38,953 nt of DNA from Elusimicrobiota bacterium (lineage in GTDB: Bacteria > CG03 > SLGR01 > JBDRKX01), in assembly GCA_043813605.1 (NCBI GenBank), contig JBDRKX010000104.1, forward strand, positions 1-38,953, read 5' to 3'. Numbering within the stretch: position 1 is the first letter of the stretch; every line of letters begins with the position of its first letter. Position numbers and translations under genes: made by a program. Of this stretch, positions 9,146 to 18,378 are shown one piece after another. The notes under the pieces were generated by a model. That model was not told the origin of the DNA, did no database searches, and saw only the letters and a list, made by a program, of their open reading frames with translations.

Positions 9146-11197
9146 CTAGAACTTATACGAAAGTGACCCGTAAACATTCGTTCCGGAATCACCCGGTATT
9201 TCTGCGACATATGTGCCTACTATATCAGGATAGGCGACTTCTGAACCGAGTATATTGAGAACCGTAAGTGAAAGCGAGAGGTTCTCGTTTATATCGTATG
9301 TGGACTTGAGATTCAGAAGGGCGATAGCATCAAGAGTCACATCGGCCCCGCCTGCTGTGCCTGCCCTTTCCCCGACATAATTAACTGACAGAGAATTGGT
9401 CAAATCGCCGGTAAGCAGCGTGAGTATGTAATTCGCGGTCAATTTGTCAAGGAAATTGATGTCTGATTTGTCTGCGGAGTTCTCACCGGTTTTGAAGCTC
9501 ACATTCAGCTTATGCGTAAGCTTCTGCTCGATAAGATCACCTTTCATATCCAGCTCTACACCCTGCACGACCTGCCCGTCGGTGTTGCCGTATCCTGGGA
9601 CACCGGCGGCTTTTGTCGGGCTCGTGTCGGGGACGCGCTGTTCTTCGATCTGTGAAGGAGGCGTATCTCCCGGAAAATATTTCTCGCTGCGTTCGATCAT
9701 GTCGGTTGTCGTTAACTGGAACACTGTCAGAACGGCATTGTGTTTCAGCTGTTCCAGAGTGGCATTGATCCCGAGTTCGATAGTGTCTATCTTTTCGGGA
9801 GTGAGATTCGGGTCGCCGTAGAGCACGTTCTTCGTGTTAACGTATTTTTCGAAGAAAGTCGGGTTCCTGTATGCTGAACCGTAGAGCGCTTTGATGAAGA
9901 CTTTTTCTCCGGCTTTGTATACCGCGCTGGCTCTTGGTACAACCGCGTCGCCGTATATGTCGTTGTTGCTGTACCTGACACCGCCTACTATCTTAAGAGG
10001 TTCAGCAGGCGTCAGTTCGAGCTGTGTGTATACGGACATATCAGTTGTGTCGTATTCCTTCAGCATCGCATCAAGACCGCTGTTAGTGCCGTCAATGTTC
10101 TTTATGAATTCGTACGGGTCCGTTTTCTGATATTCATACGAGATGCCCGCAAGAAGACTGACCTGGTCCGAAACCGGTACGAGACCGTCAACATCAAGTC
10201 CGTATTTGTTGCCTGAATGCTGCATCTGCTGTTTTACGCCGGCCCAGGGCGTTCCGGCCTGAAAGTCGTTCAACCGGCCGTCATAGCTGTACATCGAGTA
10301 GTGAAGCATCGAATTGAGTTCAAGTTCGCCGAGCGCTTTCTTATAATGGAGAGCGCCGCCGGAACCCTGTATCTGGACTTCACCGGTCATTAAATGATTC
10401 GGAAGTATGCCGAACTTGTCCCTTTCCATGTTGAAATGGAAGACATCGAGTTTAAGATCGCCCTTTTCAACGCTTACAAAACCGTTATAGAAATCGTCTT
10501 CCATGGCGTCTTCATCGTCGTCGTATGCGCCCATCTGAGCGGTAACGCCAGCCATGTCTTTTACTTCCGCTTCGTAGCCGGCATCACTCTTGTAGGAAGC
10601 GGCAGCTACGACATTCACCTGTTCGGTTTCCTTTATTAATGTCAGGTCACCGTTTACGGCGCTCTTGCTTCCGCCGCCTGCGCTAACAGATGTTTCGTCT
10701 CCGCTCTTCTTTGTGATCACATTGATAACGCCCGAGAACGCGCCGTTACCGTAAACAACGGAACCAGGTCCCCTTATGATCTCGATCCTAGCGATCACAT
10801 TGACCGGGATGGCTTCAAGATAATTGGAGCCTACCGTTATGTCCCTTATCGGGAGCCCGTTCAACAGCAGTGCGGTCCTGTTATTATAGTGATTCTCTTT
10901 AATGCCCCTGACTGAGATAGAACTGTAGCCGAAAAAACTTTCGGTTATAGTTACTCCGGGAACAGTCTTGATGATGTCATAGAGTGTTTCATAGCCCATC
11001 TGTTTTATGTCTTTGGCTGTGATAACGGTTATTATAGCCGGCGCTTCAGAGATAGTCTCTGCTTTTTTTGAAGCGATCTCAACGATCGGTATCTCTTCAA
11101 AAAGAAGCGTTGTGGCATCCTTACCGTACACGGCGGGAACAAAACCCGCTGCTATCACAAGACAAAGGGCTAACGAAAACATTGATAACTTTTTCAT
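9146..11197 (-). CDS. TonB-dependent outer-membrane receptor (plug + beta-barrel)
   Basis: Signal peptide MKKLSMFSLALCLVIAA (ATG 11197 with AAGGAG RBS; ORF track starts at 11224); plug motifs IASKK, APAIITVIT, IKTVPGV, RIEIIRGPGSVVYG; NPTFFE, LTPEKIDTIELG; C-terminal SYKF. Confidence 0.92.
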   Translation of the reverse strand: MKKLSMFSLALCLVIAAGFVPAVYGKDATTLLFEEIPIVEIASKKAETISEAPAIITVITAKDIKQMGYETLYDIIKTVPGVTITESFFGYSSISVRGIKENHYNNRTALLLNGLPIRDITVGSNYLEAIPVNVIARIEIIRGPGSVVYGNGAFSGVINVITKKSGDETSVSAGGGSKSAVNGDLTLIKETEQVNVVAAASYKSDAGYEAEVKDMAGVTAQMGAYDDDEDAMEDDFYNGFVSVEKGDLKLDVFHFNMERDKFGILPNHLMTGEVQIQGSGGALHYKKALGELELNSMLHYSMYSYDGRLNDFQAGTPWAGVKQQMQHSGNKYGLDVDGLVPVSDQVSLLAGISYEYQKTDPYEFIKNIDGTNSGLDAMLKEYDTTDMSVYTQLELTPAEPLKIVGGVRYSNNDIYGDAVVPRASAVYKAGEKVFIKALYGSAYRNPTFFEKYVNTKNVLYGDPNLTPEKIDTIELGINATLEQLKHNAVLTVFQLTTTDMIERSEKYFPGDTPPSQIEEQRVPDTSPTKAAGVPGYGNTDGQVVQGVELDMKGDLIEQKLTHKLNVSFKTGENSADKSDINFLDKLTANYILTLLTGDLTNSLSVNYVGERAGTAGGADVTLDAIALLNLKSTYDINENLSLSLTVLNILGSEVAYPDIVGTYVAEIPGDSGTNVYGSLSYKF

Positions 11198-11326
11198 ATT
11201 TTCTCCTTTTTGCCTGTAATCCATTACTCCTGTCTCTTCCTCCTTTTTTTAATCGCCCTGTTCTACGCGCTTACAATATCTTTATCCTATATAGAAAATT
11301 CCGCTTATAGCGGACAATTAACTATA

Positions 11327-11355
11327 TTAATAATGAAAATACGCATATTTGTCAA
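11327..11355 (-). promoter_or_regulatory. Candidate sigma70 promoter for TonB receptor
   Basis: Minus-strand TTGACA (11355-11350), 17 nt, TATTAA (11332-11327); A/T tracts upstream. Confidence 0.4.
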
Positions 11356-11460
11356 GTCTTTTTTAATAAATTTTTCAAAAATAAAAAAAACAAACAATCT
11401 ATATACCTTAAAAAGAAGAACTTTCAGCGCAGTATACGGCATAATAATACAGCTAATAAC

Positions 11461-11489
11461 TTGACATCGCAGGATAGTTGCGTTATAAA
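11461..11489 (+). promoter_or_regulatory. Candidate sigma70 promoter for substrate-binding protein
   Basis: TTGACA (11461-11466), 17 nt, TATAAA (11484-11489). Confidence 0.6.
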
Positions 11490-11540
11490 TATGAATTAAA
11501 GATATGCGATTAACTGCCGCAAGAAAGGCGGGGGCAGCAT

Positions 11541-12494
11541 GTGATGAAAAAATATTTTATATTTTCTTTGCTTTTCGTTTCGGTGATACTGACGTCATCA
11601 GCGCTGCCGCTTTTATCGGAGAACAGGGGCATGGCTATTCTAATAAGGAAAGAAGTCGGACCCTACGAAACCGCTCTTTCCGGATTCAAAAAACTGATGA
11701 CGGAAAAAGGCGTAGGGTTTACTGCTAAAATATATGTAATAGAAGGGCAAGACTGGGTAATAGATAAAAAGAAGATCCTCGAGACAGATCCCGCTATTGT
11801 GATCGCAATAGGAATGGAAGCGACTTCCATGGTATGCAAAACACTCAGTGAGATCCCGGTTGTTTTCTCTATGGTACTTAATCCTGTTGAAGAAGGGTTC
11901 ATCGGTTCAATGTCCGGTTCGGGCAATAATATTTCAGGGGTCAGTCTCGATCTGCCGCCATTGCTTCAGTTTCAGAAAATCAAACAGTTCTTACCCGGAA
12001 TAAAAAGGATAGGGGTCATATATGATCCATCCAAATCGGCCGGAATTATTGAAGATGCCGTTGATGCTGCCGGTACGGCCGGGCTGCAGCTCGTGAAACA
12101 GCCGGTCAGTTCGGGTAAAGAGATCATTCCGGCAATGGAAGAGCTTAAAATGGGCGTAGATGCACTATGGGCCATACCTGATACTACTGTTTACTCGGGC
12201 GCGATTTTAAAACATATACTTCTGTTCAGCCTGAGGAACAAGGTGCCGATAATAGGATTTTCAGACAGTTTTGCAAAGGCCGGCGCTTTAATGTCAATGT
12301 ATAGCGATTATTCCGATGTCGGAGAACAGACAGCGGAGTTGTCACTTGAAATACTCGGGGGGAAACAACCGGGCCTGATACCTGTATCCAGACCGAGAAA
12401 ACTTAAGGTTTCGTTGAATCTCAATACTGCAAAGGTTATGGGTATTAATATCGAAAACGCGGTTATCAGGGAAGCCGATCAGGTATACGAATAA
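11541..12494 (+). CDS. Periplasmic ABC-type substrate-binding protein (ABC_sub_bind-like), orphan
   Basis: 317 aa; signal peptide; IPVVFSMVLNP, NISGVSL, KRIGVIYDP, DALWAIPD, GALMSMYSDYSDVGEQTA, LNLNTAKVMGI; start GTG 11541 or ATG 11544. Confidence 0.85.
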   Translation: MMKKYFIFSLLFVSVILTSSALPLLSENRGMAILIRKEVGPYETALSGFKKLMTEKGVGFTAKIYVIEGQDWVIDKKKILETDPAIVIAIGMEATSMVCKTLSEIPVVFSMVLNPVEEGFIGSMSGSGNNISGVSLDLPPLLQFQKIKQFLPGIKRIGVIYDPSKSAGIIEDAVDAAGTAGLQLVKQPVSSGKEIIPAMEELKMGVDALWAIPDTTVYSGAILKHILLFSLRNKVPIIGFSDSFAKAGALMSMYSDYSDVGEQTAELSLEILGGKQPGLIPVSRPRKLKVSLNLNTAKVMGINIENAVIREADQVYE

Positions 12495-12498
12495 CCCC

Positions 12499-12650
12499 GA
12501 AAATACCCTGCTAAAAATACTCTGCCAAAAATATCCTGCTAAAAATACCCAACCCCAAAAAACTGATTCGGAAATTTATCCAGGAAAATTTATCCAGAAA
12601 AATTTCTCTACGAAAATTAACCCGGAAAATCAACCCGGAAAATTAACCTG
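12499..12650. repeat. Two adjacent imperfect 13-14-nt tandem arrays between convergent genes
   Basis: GAAAATACCCTGCT, AAAAATACTCTGCC, AAAAATATCCTGCT, AAAAATACCCAACC (12499-12554); GAAATTTATCCA, GGAAAATTTATCCA, GAAAAATTTCTCTA, CGAAAATTAACCCG, GAAAATCAACCCG, GAAAATTAACCTG (12571-12650). Confidence 0.8.
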
Positions 12651-13209
12651 TTTTTTTTGACTGTTTGGTCCCCGGCGCATAAAGCGGAACCTGCTTGGCG
12701 CAGAGAGGACATTCTTCCGGCCGGTATTTCGGCCAGTCGATACTGAGAAGGTATTTAAACGGGTACCTGAATTCCGCGTTTCCCCTGGATACAATAGATG
12801 TTATACCCACGATGTATGCTCCCGTTTCTTCAAGTACGGGGATGGCTTCTTTGAGGCTTCCGCCGGTTGTTACCACATCTTCTATCAGCAGTATCCGTTC
12901 GCCGGGCCGGACACTGAATCCTCTTTCGAGTGAAAATGTTTGCTGTTTTCTTTCAAGAAAAATATGCCGTACTTTCAGGTGCCTGGCTACTTCCTGTCCG
13001 AGCACTATTCCTCCTATAGCCAGAGAAACGGCAGTAGTTATTTCTTCATCTATCCATAGCGCTGCCAGTTGTTCACCGGCGTCTGAAGCGTATTCCGGGT
13101 ACTGAAGAAGACTCTGTGCCTGAAAATAGAACTCTGAATGGTACCCGCTTGCAAGCAGAAAATGGCCTTCTTTCATTGCCCCGGTTTCTTTTAGTATCTT
13201 TTCTATCAT
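12643..13209 (-). CDS. pyrE: Orotate phosphoribosyltransferase
   Basis: 188 aa; GHFLLASGYHS, PRPP motif LLIEDVVTTGGS, C-terminal CPLC. Confidence 0.93.
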   Translation of the reverse strand: MIEKILKETGAMKEGHFLLASGYHSEFYFQAQSLLQYPEYASDAGEQLAALWIDEEITTAVSLAIGGIVLGQEVARHLKVRHIFLERKQQTFSLERGFSVRPGERILLIEDVVTTGGSLKEAIPVLEETGAYIVGITSIVSRGNAEFRYPFKYLLSIDWPKYRPEECPLCAKQVPLYAPGTKQSKKTG

Positions 13210-13853
13210 GACAGCTGCATCTCCTCTTTTATCGCCCGTGCCGCCTCGACAGGATCGTCTGCTTCCGTGATGGGCCTGCCGATAACCAGAAAATCGGCGC
13301 CGTTTTCAACTGCCTCCGAGGGCGTCATTACGCGTTTCTGATCATCCTGTTTGAGGTAGCCGGAAGGCCTTATGCCGGGAACCACTATGTCCATATCCGG
13401 GAACGCGCTTCTTATATCAGCAACATCTTTTCCTGATACGATCAGTCCCTGTAAACCCGCTTTATCCGCAGTTTCGGCAGCCGCGTAACTGTTGCCGCTC
13501 TGTATGCTTGAAAGGATAGTAACGCCCCATAACCGCGGAAACCCGTTTTTCCTGGCTTTTTGAGCGGATTCAAGCGCTTCCGGCCCGGCCTGTATGTGTA
13601 TTGTCGCTGAATAGCAGCCCAGATCTGCCGCGGCTATGCAGGCTGCCCGGCAGGTTCTTGGAATATCATGATACTTGAGATCAAGGAAAACCTCTTTGCC
13701 TTCGGCTTTTACCATCTCTACGGCCCTGGGCCCGTATCTGCTGAACAGCTGCAGGCCGATTTTGAAATAGGTTATGTCATTTTTCAGGCCCGAGACTATT
13801 TCTCCGGCCTGCCTGATATCATCATAATCGAGTGCAAGGATTATTTCAGCCAC
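13206..13853 (-). CDS. pyrF: Orotidine-5'-phosphate decarboxylase
   Basis: 215 aa, GTG start after AAGGAG; IILALD, FKIGL, FLDLKYHDIP, VPGIRP, DDQKR, VIGRPI. Confidence 0.95.
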   Translation of the reverse strand: MAEIILALDYDDIRQAGEIVSGLKNDITYFKIGLQLFSRYGPRAVEMVKAEGKEVFLDLKYHDIPRTCRAACIAAADLGCYSATIHIQAGPEALESAQKARKNGFPRLWGVTILSSIQSGNSYAAAETADKAGLQGLIVSGKDVADIRSAFPDMDIVVPGIRPSGYLKQDDQKRVMTPSEAVENGADFLVIGRPITEADDPVEAARAIKEEMQLS

Positions 13854-13982
13854 AATTATTCTCCTTTATATTTATCCCATTATTTGCAATAGAAATGGAA
13901 TTCGACAAAAAATATGCCACATTCTACGTCGCAAAAAAGCTCATCAATACTTACGAGTATTACCTCCCTTTTTTGTTGTGTA

Positions 13983-14831
13983 TCATATGATATCTTTTCC
14001 GTCTCTATTCTTCATCCCTATCGCAAAAAATGGGTTTATTTCTCTGAGTATTTCCGGCTGCGAAAGAAGTATCGAACCGAGCATAAATGCATTAGCGCCG
14101 GACTGGCGGTATTCTTCTATATCATCTAAAGAGACAATACCGCCGCATGCAGCGATATCTATGCCGGTCATCCGGCGTATATTGAGTATAGCTTTCAATA
14201 CCACAGGCTTTATTGCCGGGCCGGAGAGCCCGCCTTCATAAAAAGTCTTTTCATGATAAAATGCCGCAGGAAGGGTGTTCGAACATACAATACCGTCAAT
14301 ACCGGCTTTTTCGAGATCTCTGCTCAGTACTGCGGGATTATCAAGCGCATTGATCTTTGCAATTATCGGTTTTTCAGTGAGTCCTTTGAGAATTTCCGCC
14401 GTTTTCAGGCACTCCGGTATGTTCTCAACCATTTTTTCTCCCTTTATATTCGGGCAGGAAAGATTCAGTTCAAAAGCCGTAACATCTTCTGCCGAAAGGA
14501 CTGTGACCAGTTTTATCCATTCAGCGGTATTGTTCCCGAAGATGCTCATGATAACAGGATAGGGAAGATATCTTGTCTTGGGAAGTTCGTTTTCTATGAA
14601 TGCATCCAGGCCGCAGTTCTGAAGTCCGATCCTGTTTATTACGGCGTTTTCCAGTTCAAATATGCGCGGCGGTCTGTTTCCCTCGCGCTTTTCTACGGTG
14701 ATTGTCTTGCTTATTACAGCGCCCCATCCGAGTCCGGGAAAATATTCTTCACCTTCCCATCCGTATCCCCAGCAGCCGCTGCTCGCGAGAAAAGGATTTT
14801 TCAGTTCCAGACCGGCAAACTTAACAGTCAT
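13983..14831 (-). CDS. pyrD: Dihydroorotate dehydrogenase class 1B catalytic subunit
   Basis: 282 aa; KNPFLASSG, KTIT...GNRPPR, NRIGLQN, ELNLSCPN, GGLSGPAIKP. Confidence 0.92.
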   Translation of the reverse strand: MTVKFAGLELKNPFLASSGCWGYGWEGEEYFPGLGWGAVISKTITVEKREGNRPPRIFELENAVINRIGLQNCGLDAFIENELPKTRYLPYPVIMSIFGNNTAEWIKLVTVLSAEDVTAFELNLSCPNIKGEKMVENIPECLKTAEILKGLTEKPIIAKINALDNPAVLSRDLEKAGIDGIVCSNTLPAAFYHEKTFYEGGLSGPAIKPVVLKAILNIRRMTGIDIAACGGIVSLDDIEEYRQSGANAFMLGSILLSQPEILREINPFFAIGMKNRDGKDII

Positions 14832-15564
14832 CCCAGTCGAGCTCCTCGATACTGAATACAGGGCCTTCCATACATGTCCTCTTGTATCCTTTCACTGTCT
14901 TTACTGCACATGAGAGACATACGCCGAATCCGCAGCCCATTCTTTCTTCCCACGAGATATATCCTTTTTTTGAGTTTTCCATACATATCTTTGCTGCGGT
15001 CTTGAGCATTGCTTTCGGCCCGGCGGCATATACAATATCGCTGTCAGCGATATATGATGACATGAGATCGGTTGCAAGTTTTGAATCTGTTTTTTCTGAT
15101 ACGGGGACAATACGGTGTCCCGAGGATTCAACGCCGGAAAGCTTAAGGGCTTCAGAACCGTCAGCAGTCCCGTATATGAATACTCCCCGTGTAGCTGTTT
15201 TTGAGGCAAGGAAATTGAGCGGCGCTGCGCCGATGCCTCCCGCAACAAAAAGCGGCCGGCCGTTATCAAGAGGGAAAGGGGAGCCCAGGGGTCCCAGTAC
15301 ATCAATATATGCGCCGGGTTCCATGGAACTGAGTATAGCCGTGCCTTTACCCCGTACTTTAAAAGCTATCTGCAGTTCTTCTCCATGACATGAAAATATG
15401 CTTATAGGGCGCCTGAGAGTTTTTCCTTCTATTCTTAGCTGGAGGAACTGTCCCGGCAGGACTTTGGAAGATATAGCGGCAGAATTGAATTTCAGGCAGT
15501 AAATACCGGAAGCTTCTTCGGATCTGCCCGTGATCTTTATTTTTTCATGAAAGAACTTTGTCAT
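14821..15564 (-). CDS. pyrK: Dihydroorotate dehydrogenase electron-transfer subunit
   Basis: 247 aa; PGQF, LRRPISI, GPLG, AGGIGAAP, [2Fe-2S] motif EERMGCGFGVCLSC...CMEGPVF. Confidence 0.93.
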   Translation of the reverse strand: MTKFFHEKIKITGRSEEASGIYCLKFNSAAISSKVLPGQFLQLRIEGKTLRRPISIFSCHGEELQIAFKVRGKGTAILSSMEPGAYIDVLGPLGSPFPLDNGRPLFVAGGIGAAPLNFLASKTATRGVFIYGTADGSEALKLSGVESSGHRIVPVSEKTDSKLATDLMSSYIADSDIVYAAGPKAMLKTAAKICMENSKKGYISWEERMGCGFGVCLSCAVKTVKGYKRTCMEGPVFSIEELDWDDC

Positions 15565-16837
15565 TTCGCCAGACGGTCCTTCCTCTATATATGGTCATTA
15601 CCGGAAATCCTGTTAACGTCCTGCCGAGATACGGGGAATTCATGCTTTTGGAAATAAAAAAGCCCGGTGTTATCTTTTGTTCAGCTTTAAGGTCTACGAC
15701 AGAAATATCCGCAGTACCGCCTTCAGTAAGTCTCCCTATATCCTTATTGTTAAGTATCCCGGCGGGATTTAGACTCATTTTTTCAACCAGTTGGGAAAGT
15801 GTAAAGATACCTTTCAGGACAAGTTCCGTGTAAAGTACGGGAAATGCTGTTTCAAGCCCGTTGACGCCAAAGGGCGCCAGGTCGAATTCCCTGTATTTTT
15901 CCTGGTCGAGGTGCGGCGCGTGATCTGTGGCAATACAGTCAATGATACCGTCTTTCAGCCCCTGTATAAGCGCTATCCTGTCTTTCTCTTTTCTGAGCGG
16001 GGGATTCACCTTGCAGTTTGTGTTGTATCCTCTAACATCTTCTTCAGTTAAAGTCAGGTGGTGGGGCGTGGCTTCTGCGGTGACCCTTATCTTCATTTTT
16101 TTTGCTTCTTTGATCAGCTGAACTGACCGCCCGGTCGTAATATGCGCAAGATGCAGAACGCATCCCGACAGCTGGGCAAGAGCGATGTCTCTTGCTACCA
16201 TGATCTCTTCCGCTTGTGTGGGAATACCTCTCAGCCCCATTGCAGTGGATACTTTTCCTTCATTCATCATGCCGTTCTTGCTCAGGTTGAGGTCCTCGCA
16301 ATGGGGTATGACTATAATATCGAACATCTTGGCGTATTCCATGGCTCGCCGCATTACAAGAGCGTCCATTACCGAAGTACCGTCGTCGGATATGCCTATT
16401 ATGCCTGCTTTGGCCATCTTCCCGATCTCAGTAAGCGCACTTCCTTCCCTGCCCCTGGTAATGGCGCCTATAGGAAGGACGCTTATTTTGCCCTCCTGGG
16501 CGGATGTGGTCAAGATGTATTTTACGTCAGATACGGAATCAATAGGGGGATCAGTATTGGGCATCGCGCATATGGTGGTAAACCCGCCTTTTGCAGCTGC
16601 CGTTGTACCGCTCATGATTGTTTCTTCGTCTTCTCTGCCCGGTTCTCTCAGGTGTGTATGCATGTCGATCAGTCCCGGGATAACAGCCTTTCCCTTTATA
16701 TTTACGGTCCTGGCCCTGCTGTTTCTGATATTCTTAGCTATCCGGCTTATTTTTCCGGCTTCTATCAGAACATCCGCATTCTCATCCCGTTTTGATGCGG
16801 GGTCTATTACTCTGCCGCCCTTAAGTATTAGTTTCAT
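15545..16837 (-). CDS. pyrC: Dihydroorotase (class I)
   Basis: DMHTHLREPG, GGFTTICAMPNT, KVNPPLR, ATDHAPH; ATG 16837 preceded by GGAGGTG (track start 16843). Confidence 0.95.
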   Translation of the reverse strand: MKLILKGGRVIDPASKRDENADVLIEAGKISRIAKNIRNSRARTVNIKGKAVIPGLIDMHTHLREPGREDEETIMSGTTAAAKGGFTTICAMPNTDPPIDSVSDVKYILTTSAQEGKISVLPIGAITRGREGSALTEIGKMAKAGIIGISDDGTSVMDALVMRRAMEYAKMFDIIVIPHCEDLNLSKNGMMNEGKVSTAMGLRGIPTQAEEIMVARDIALAQLSGCVLHLAHITTGRSVQLIKEAKKMKIRVTAEATPHHLTLTEEDVRGYNTNCKVNPPLRKEKDRIALIQGLKDGIIDCIATDHAPHLDQEKYREFDLAPFGVNGLETAFPVLYTELVLKGIFTLSQLVEKMSLNPAGILNNKDIGRLTEGGTADISVVDLKAEQKITPGFFISKSMNSPYLGRTLTGFPVMTIYRGRTVWRNDKVLS

Positions 16838-17756
16838 TTTCACCTCCGGAAAGAAGATATAAAACTGCCATTCTTACTGCTATGCCGTTTGTAACCTGTT
16901 CATTTATTACAGAATTAGGAGAGTCCGCTACTGTCGATGATACTTCTACGCCGCGGTTCATGGGCCCCGGATGCATTATAAGAAGATCTTTTTTAGCCAG
17001 GTTAAGGATATCCGTATTAACACCAAAAACCGCGCTGTATTCTCCAAGACTCGGAAAAAGCTGGTCCTGCTGCCTTTCTTTCTGAATACGCAGGATATTG
17101 ATAACATCCAGTTTCTTTATAGTCTCCGCCAGTTTGTATGAGACTTTTACTCCAAGATCTTCGATTTCCATCGGTATTAATGTGGCAGGCGCTATAACAT
17201 ATACTTCAGCTCCCAGTTTTTTCAGCCCCCATATGTTTGACCTTGCCACCCTTGAATGCAGAATATCTCCTACAATTCCGACACGCAGGCCGCTGATAGA
17301 GCCTTTCTTTTCTTTTATTGTGAAAAGGTCCAGAAGCCCCTGGGTCGGATGTTCGTGCGTGCCGTCTCCGGCGTTGATGACAGAACAGGAGATATGTTTG
17401 CTTATAAGGTGCGGCGCGCCGGAATGGGGATGCCTCATTATCACGATATCAGCTCCCAGTGATTCTATTGTCTTGGCAGTATCCGTCAGGCTTTCTCCCT
17501 TTACGACAGACGAACCGCTTGCGCTTATATTTACAGTATCGGCGCTAAGCCGCTTGGCAGCCAGTTCAAAAGAAACTCTTGTCCTGGTGGATGGTTCATA
17601 AAAAAGGTTTACAACCGTTTTTCCGCGCAATGCCGGTGTCTTTTTGACAGTGCGTGTGAAAAGATCTTTCATGGGTTTTGCCGTATCTAATATAAGTTCG
17701 ATCTCTTTCTTGTCCAGATCCTCAAGTCCGAGTAAATCTTTTCTTTTAAACTCCAT
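16821..17756 (-). CDS. pyrB: Aspartate carbamoyltransferase catalytic subunit
   Basis: 311 aa; FYEPSTRTRVSFE, KGESL, NAGDGTHEHPTQ, RIQKER, MHPGP. Confidence 0.97.
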   Translation of the reverse strand: MEFKRKDLLGLEDLDKKEIELILDTAKPMKDLFTRTVKKTPALRGKTVVNLFYEPSTRTRVSFELAAKRLSADTVNISASGSSVVKGESLTDTAKTIESLGADIVIMRHPHSGAPHLISKHISCSVINAGDGTHEHPTQGLLDLFTIKEKKGSISGLRVGIVGDILHSRVARSNIWGLKKLGAEVYVIAPATLIPMEIEDLGVKVSYKLAETIKKLDVINILRIQKERQQDQLFPSLGEYSAVFGVNTDILNLAKKDLLIMHPGPMNRGVEVSSTVADSPNSVINEQVTNGIAVRMAVLYLLSGGENETNT

Positions 17757-17770
17757 CGATTCCTCCTGGA

Positions 17771-18313
17771 TTATTTCTTGTTAACGCCGGTAACAATGAC
17801 TTCATCTTTCCCGTCAGTATCACGGGAATGGACTTCGATCAGTTCGTTTTTTTTGATACTGATCGATATTCCGGTAAAATTAGGCTCTATGGGGAGTTCC
17901 CGTCCTCCCCGGTCGATCAGAACGCAAAGGCGCACTTTGTCCGGCCTGCCGAAATCTATTATTTCATCCAATGCCGCCCGGATGGTCCTTCCTGACCAGA
18001 TCACATCGTCTACAAGAACGATATATTTCCCGGTTATGTCAAACTCTATCTTGGTCTCTTTTATTTTGGTCTGTACGGGATTACGGGAAAAATCATCACG
18101 GTAGAGTGTTATATCAAGCGTGCCCATGGGAACATCTTTTCCCGTATATTTCTTTATTTCATCTTTCAGGCGCCTGGCAAGATAGACGCCCTTTGAGTGG
18201 ATTCCGATAAGGACCAGGTTCTCTTCCCCCTGAGCATCGTCTATTATCTCCGAAGCAAGTCTTTTTATTTTTCTGGCCAGCTCGTCTTTTTTCATTATTA
18301 CTTTATCAGTCAT
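17771..18313 (-). CDS. pyrR: PyrR-family protein (uracil PRTase / pyr attenuation protein)
   Basis: ATG 18313 with AGGAGG RBS; LDITLYRDD, VLVDDVIWSGRTIRAA, DFGRP, DRGGRELPI. Confidence 0.93.
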   Translation of the reverse strand: MTDKVIMKKDELARKIKRLASEIIDDAQGEENLVLIGIHSKGVYLARRLKDEIKKYTGKDVPMGTLDITLYRDDFSRNPVQTKIKETKIEFDITGKYIVLVDDVIWSGRTIRAALDEIIDFGRPDKVRLCVLIDRGGRELPIEPNFTGISISIKKNELIEVHSRDTDGKDEVIVTGVNKK

Positions 18314-18355
18314 ATAGCCTCCTGTCGGGCGCCCGCAGATTTCAACAGTACATAC

Positions 18356-18378
18356 AAAAAAGGGGTTCACAGAACCCC
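18356..18378 (-). terminator. Intrinsic terminator within the pyr leader (attenuator candidate)
   Basis: Minus strand GGGGTTC-TGT-GAACCCC followed by TTTTTT, between promoter and pyrR start. Confidence 0.75.

Noticed and set aside
11198..11325. Cobalamin riboswitch or Fur box upstream of the TonB receptor
   Set aside because: No B12-box-like or GATAATGATAATCATTATC-like sequence; only a 6-bp hairpin at 11300-11314
13854..13982. Internal promoter or mini-ORF between pyrD and pyrF
   Set aside because: A TAGAAT -10-like box and an orphan GGGAGG are present, but there is no convincing -35 or properly spaced start; too weak to call
18314..18370. Extended N-termini from the ORF track (pyrR 18370; likewise nrdG 19208, TonB receptor 11224, OMP 38089)
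   Set aside because: Downstream ATGs have better RBS or match family N-termini; the pyrR extension runs through the terminator
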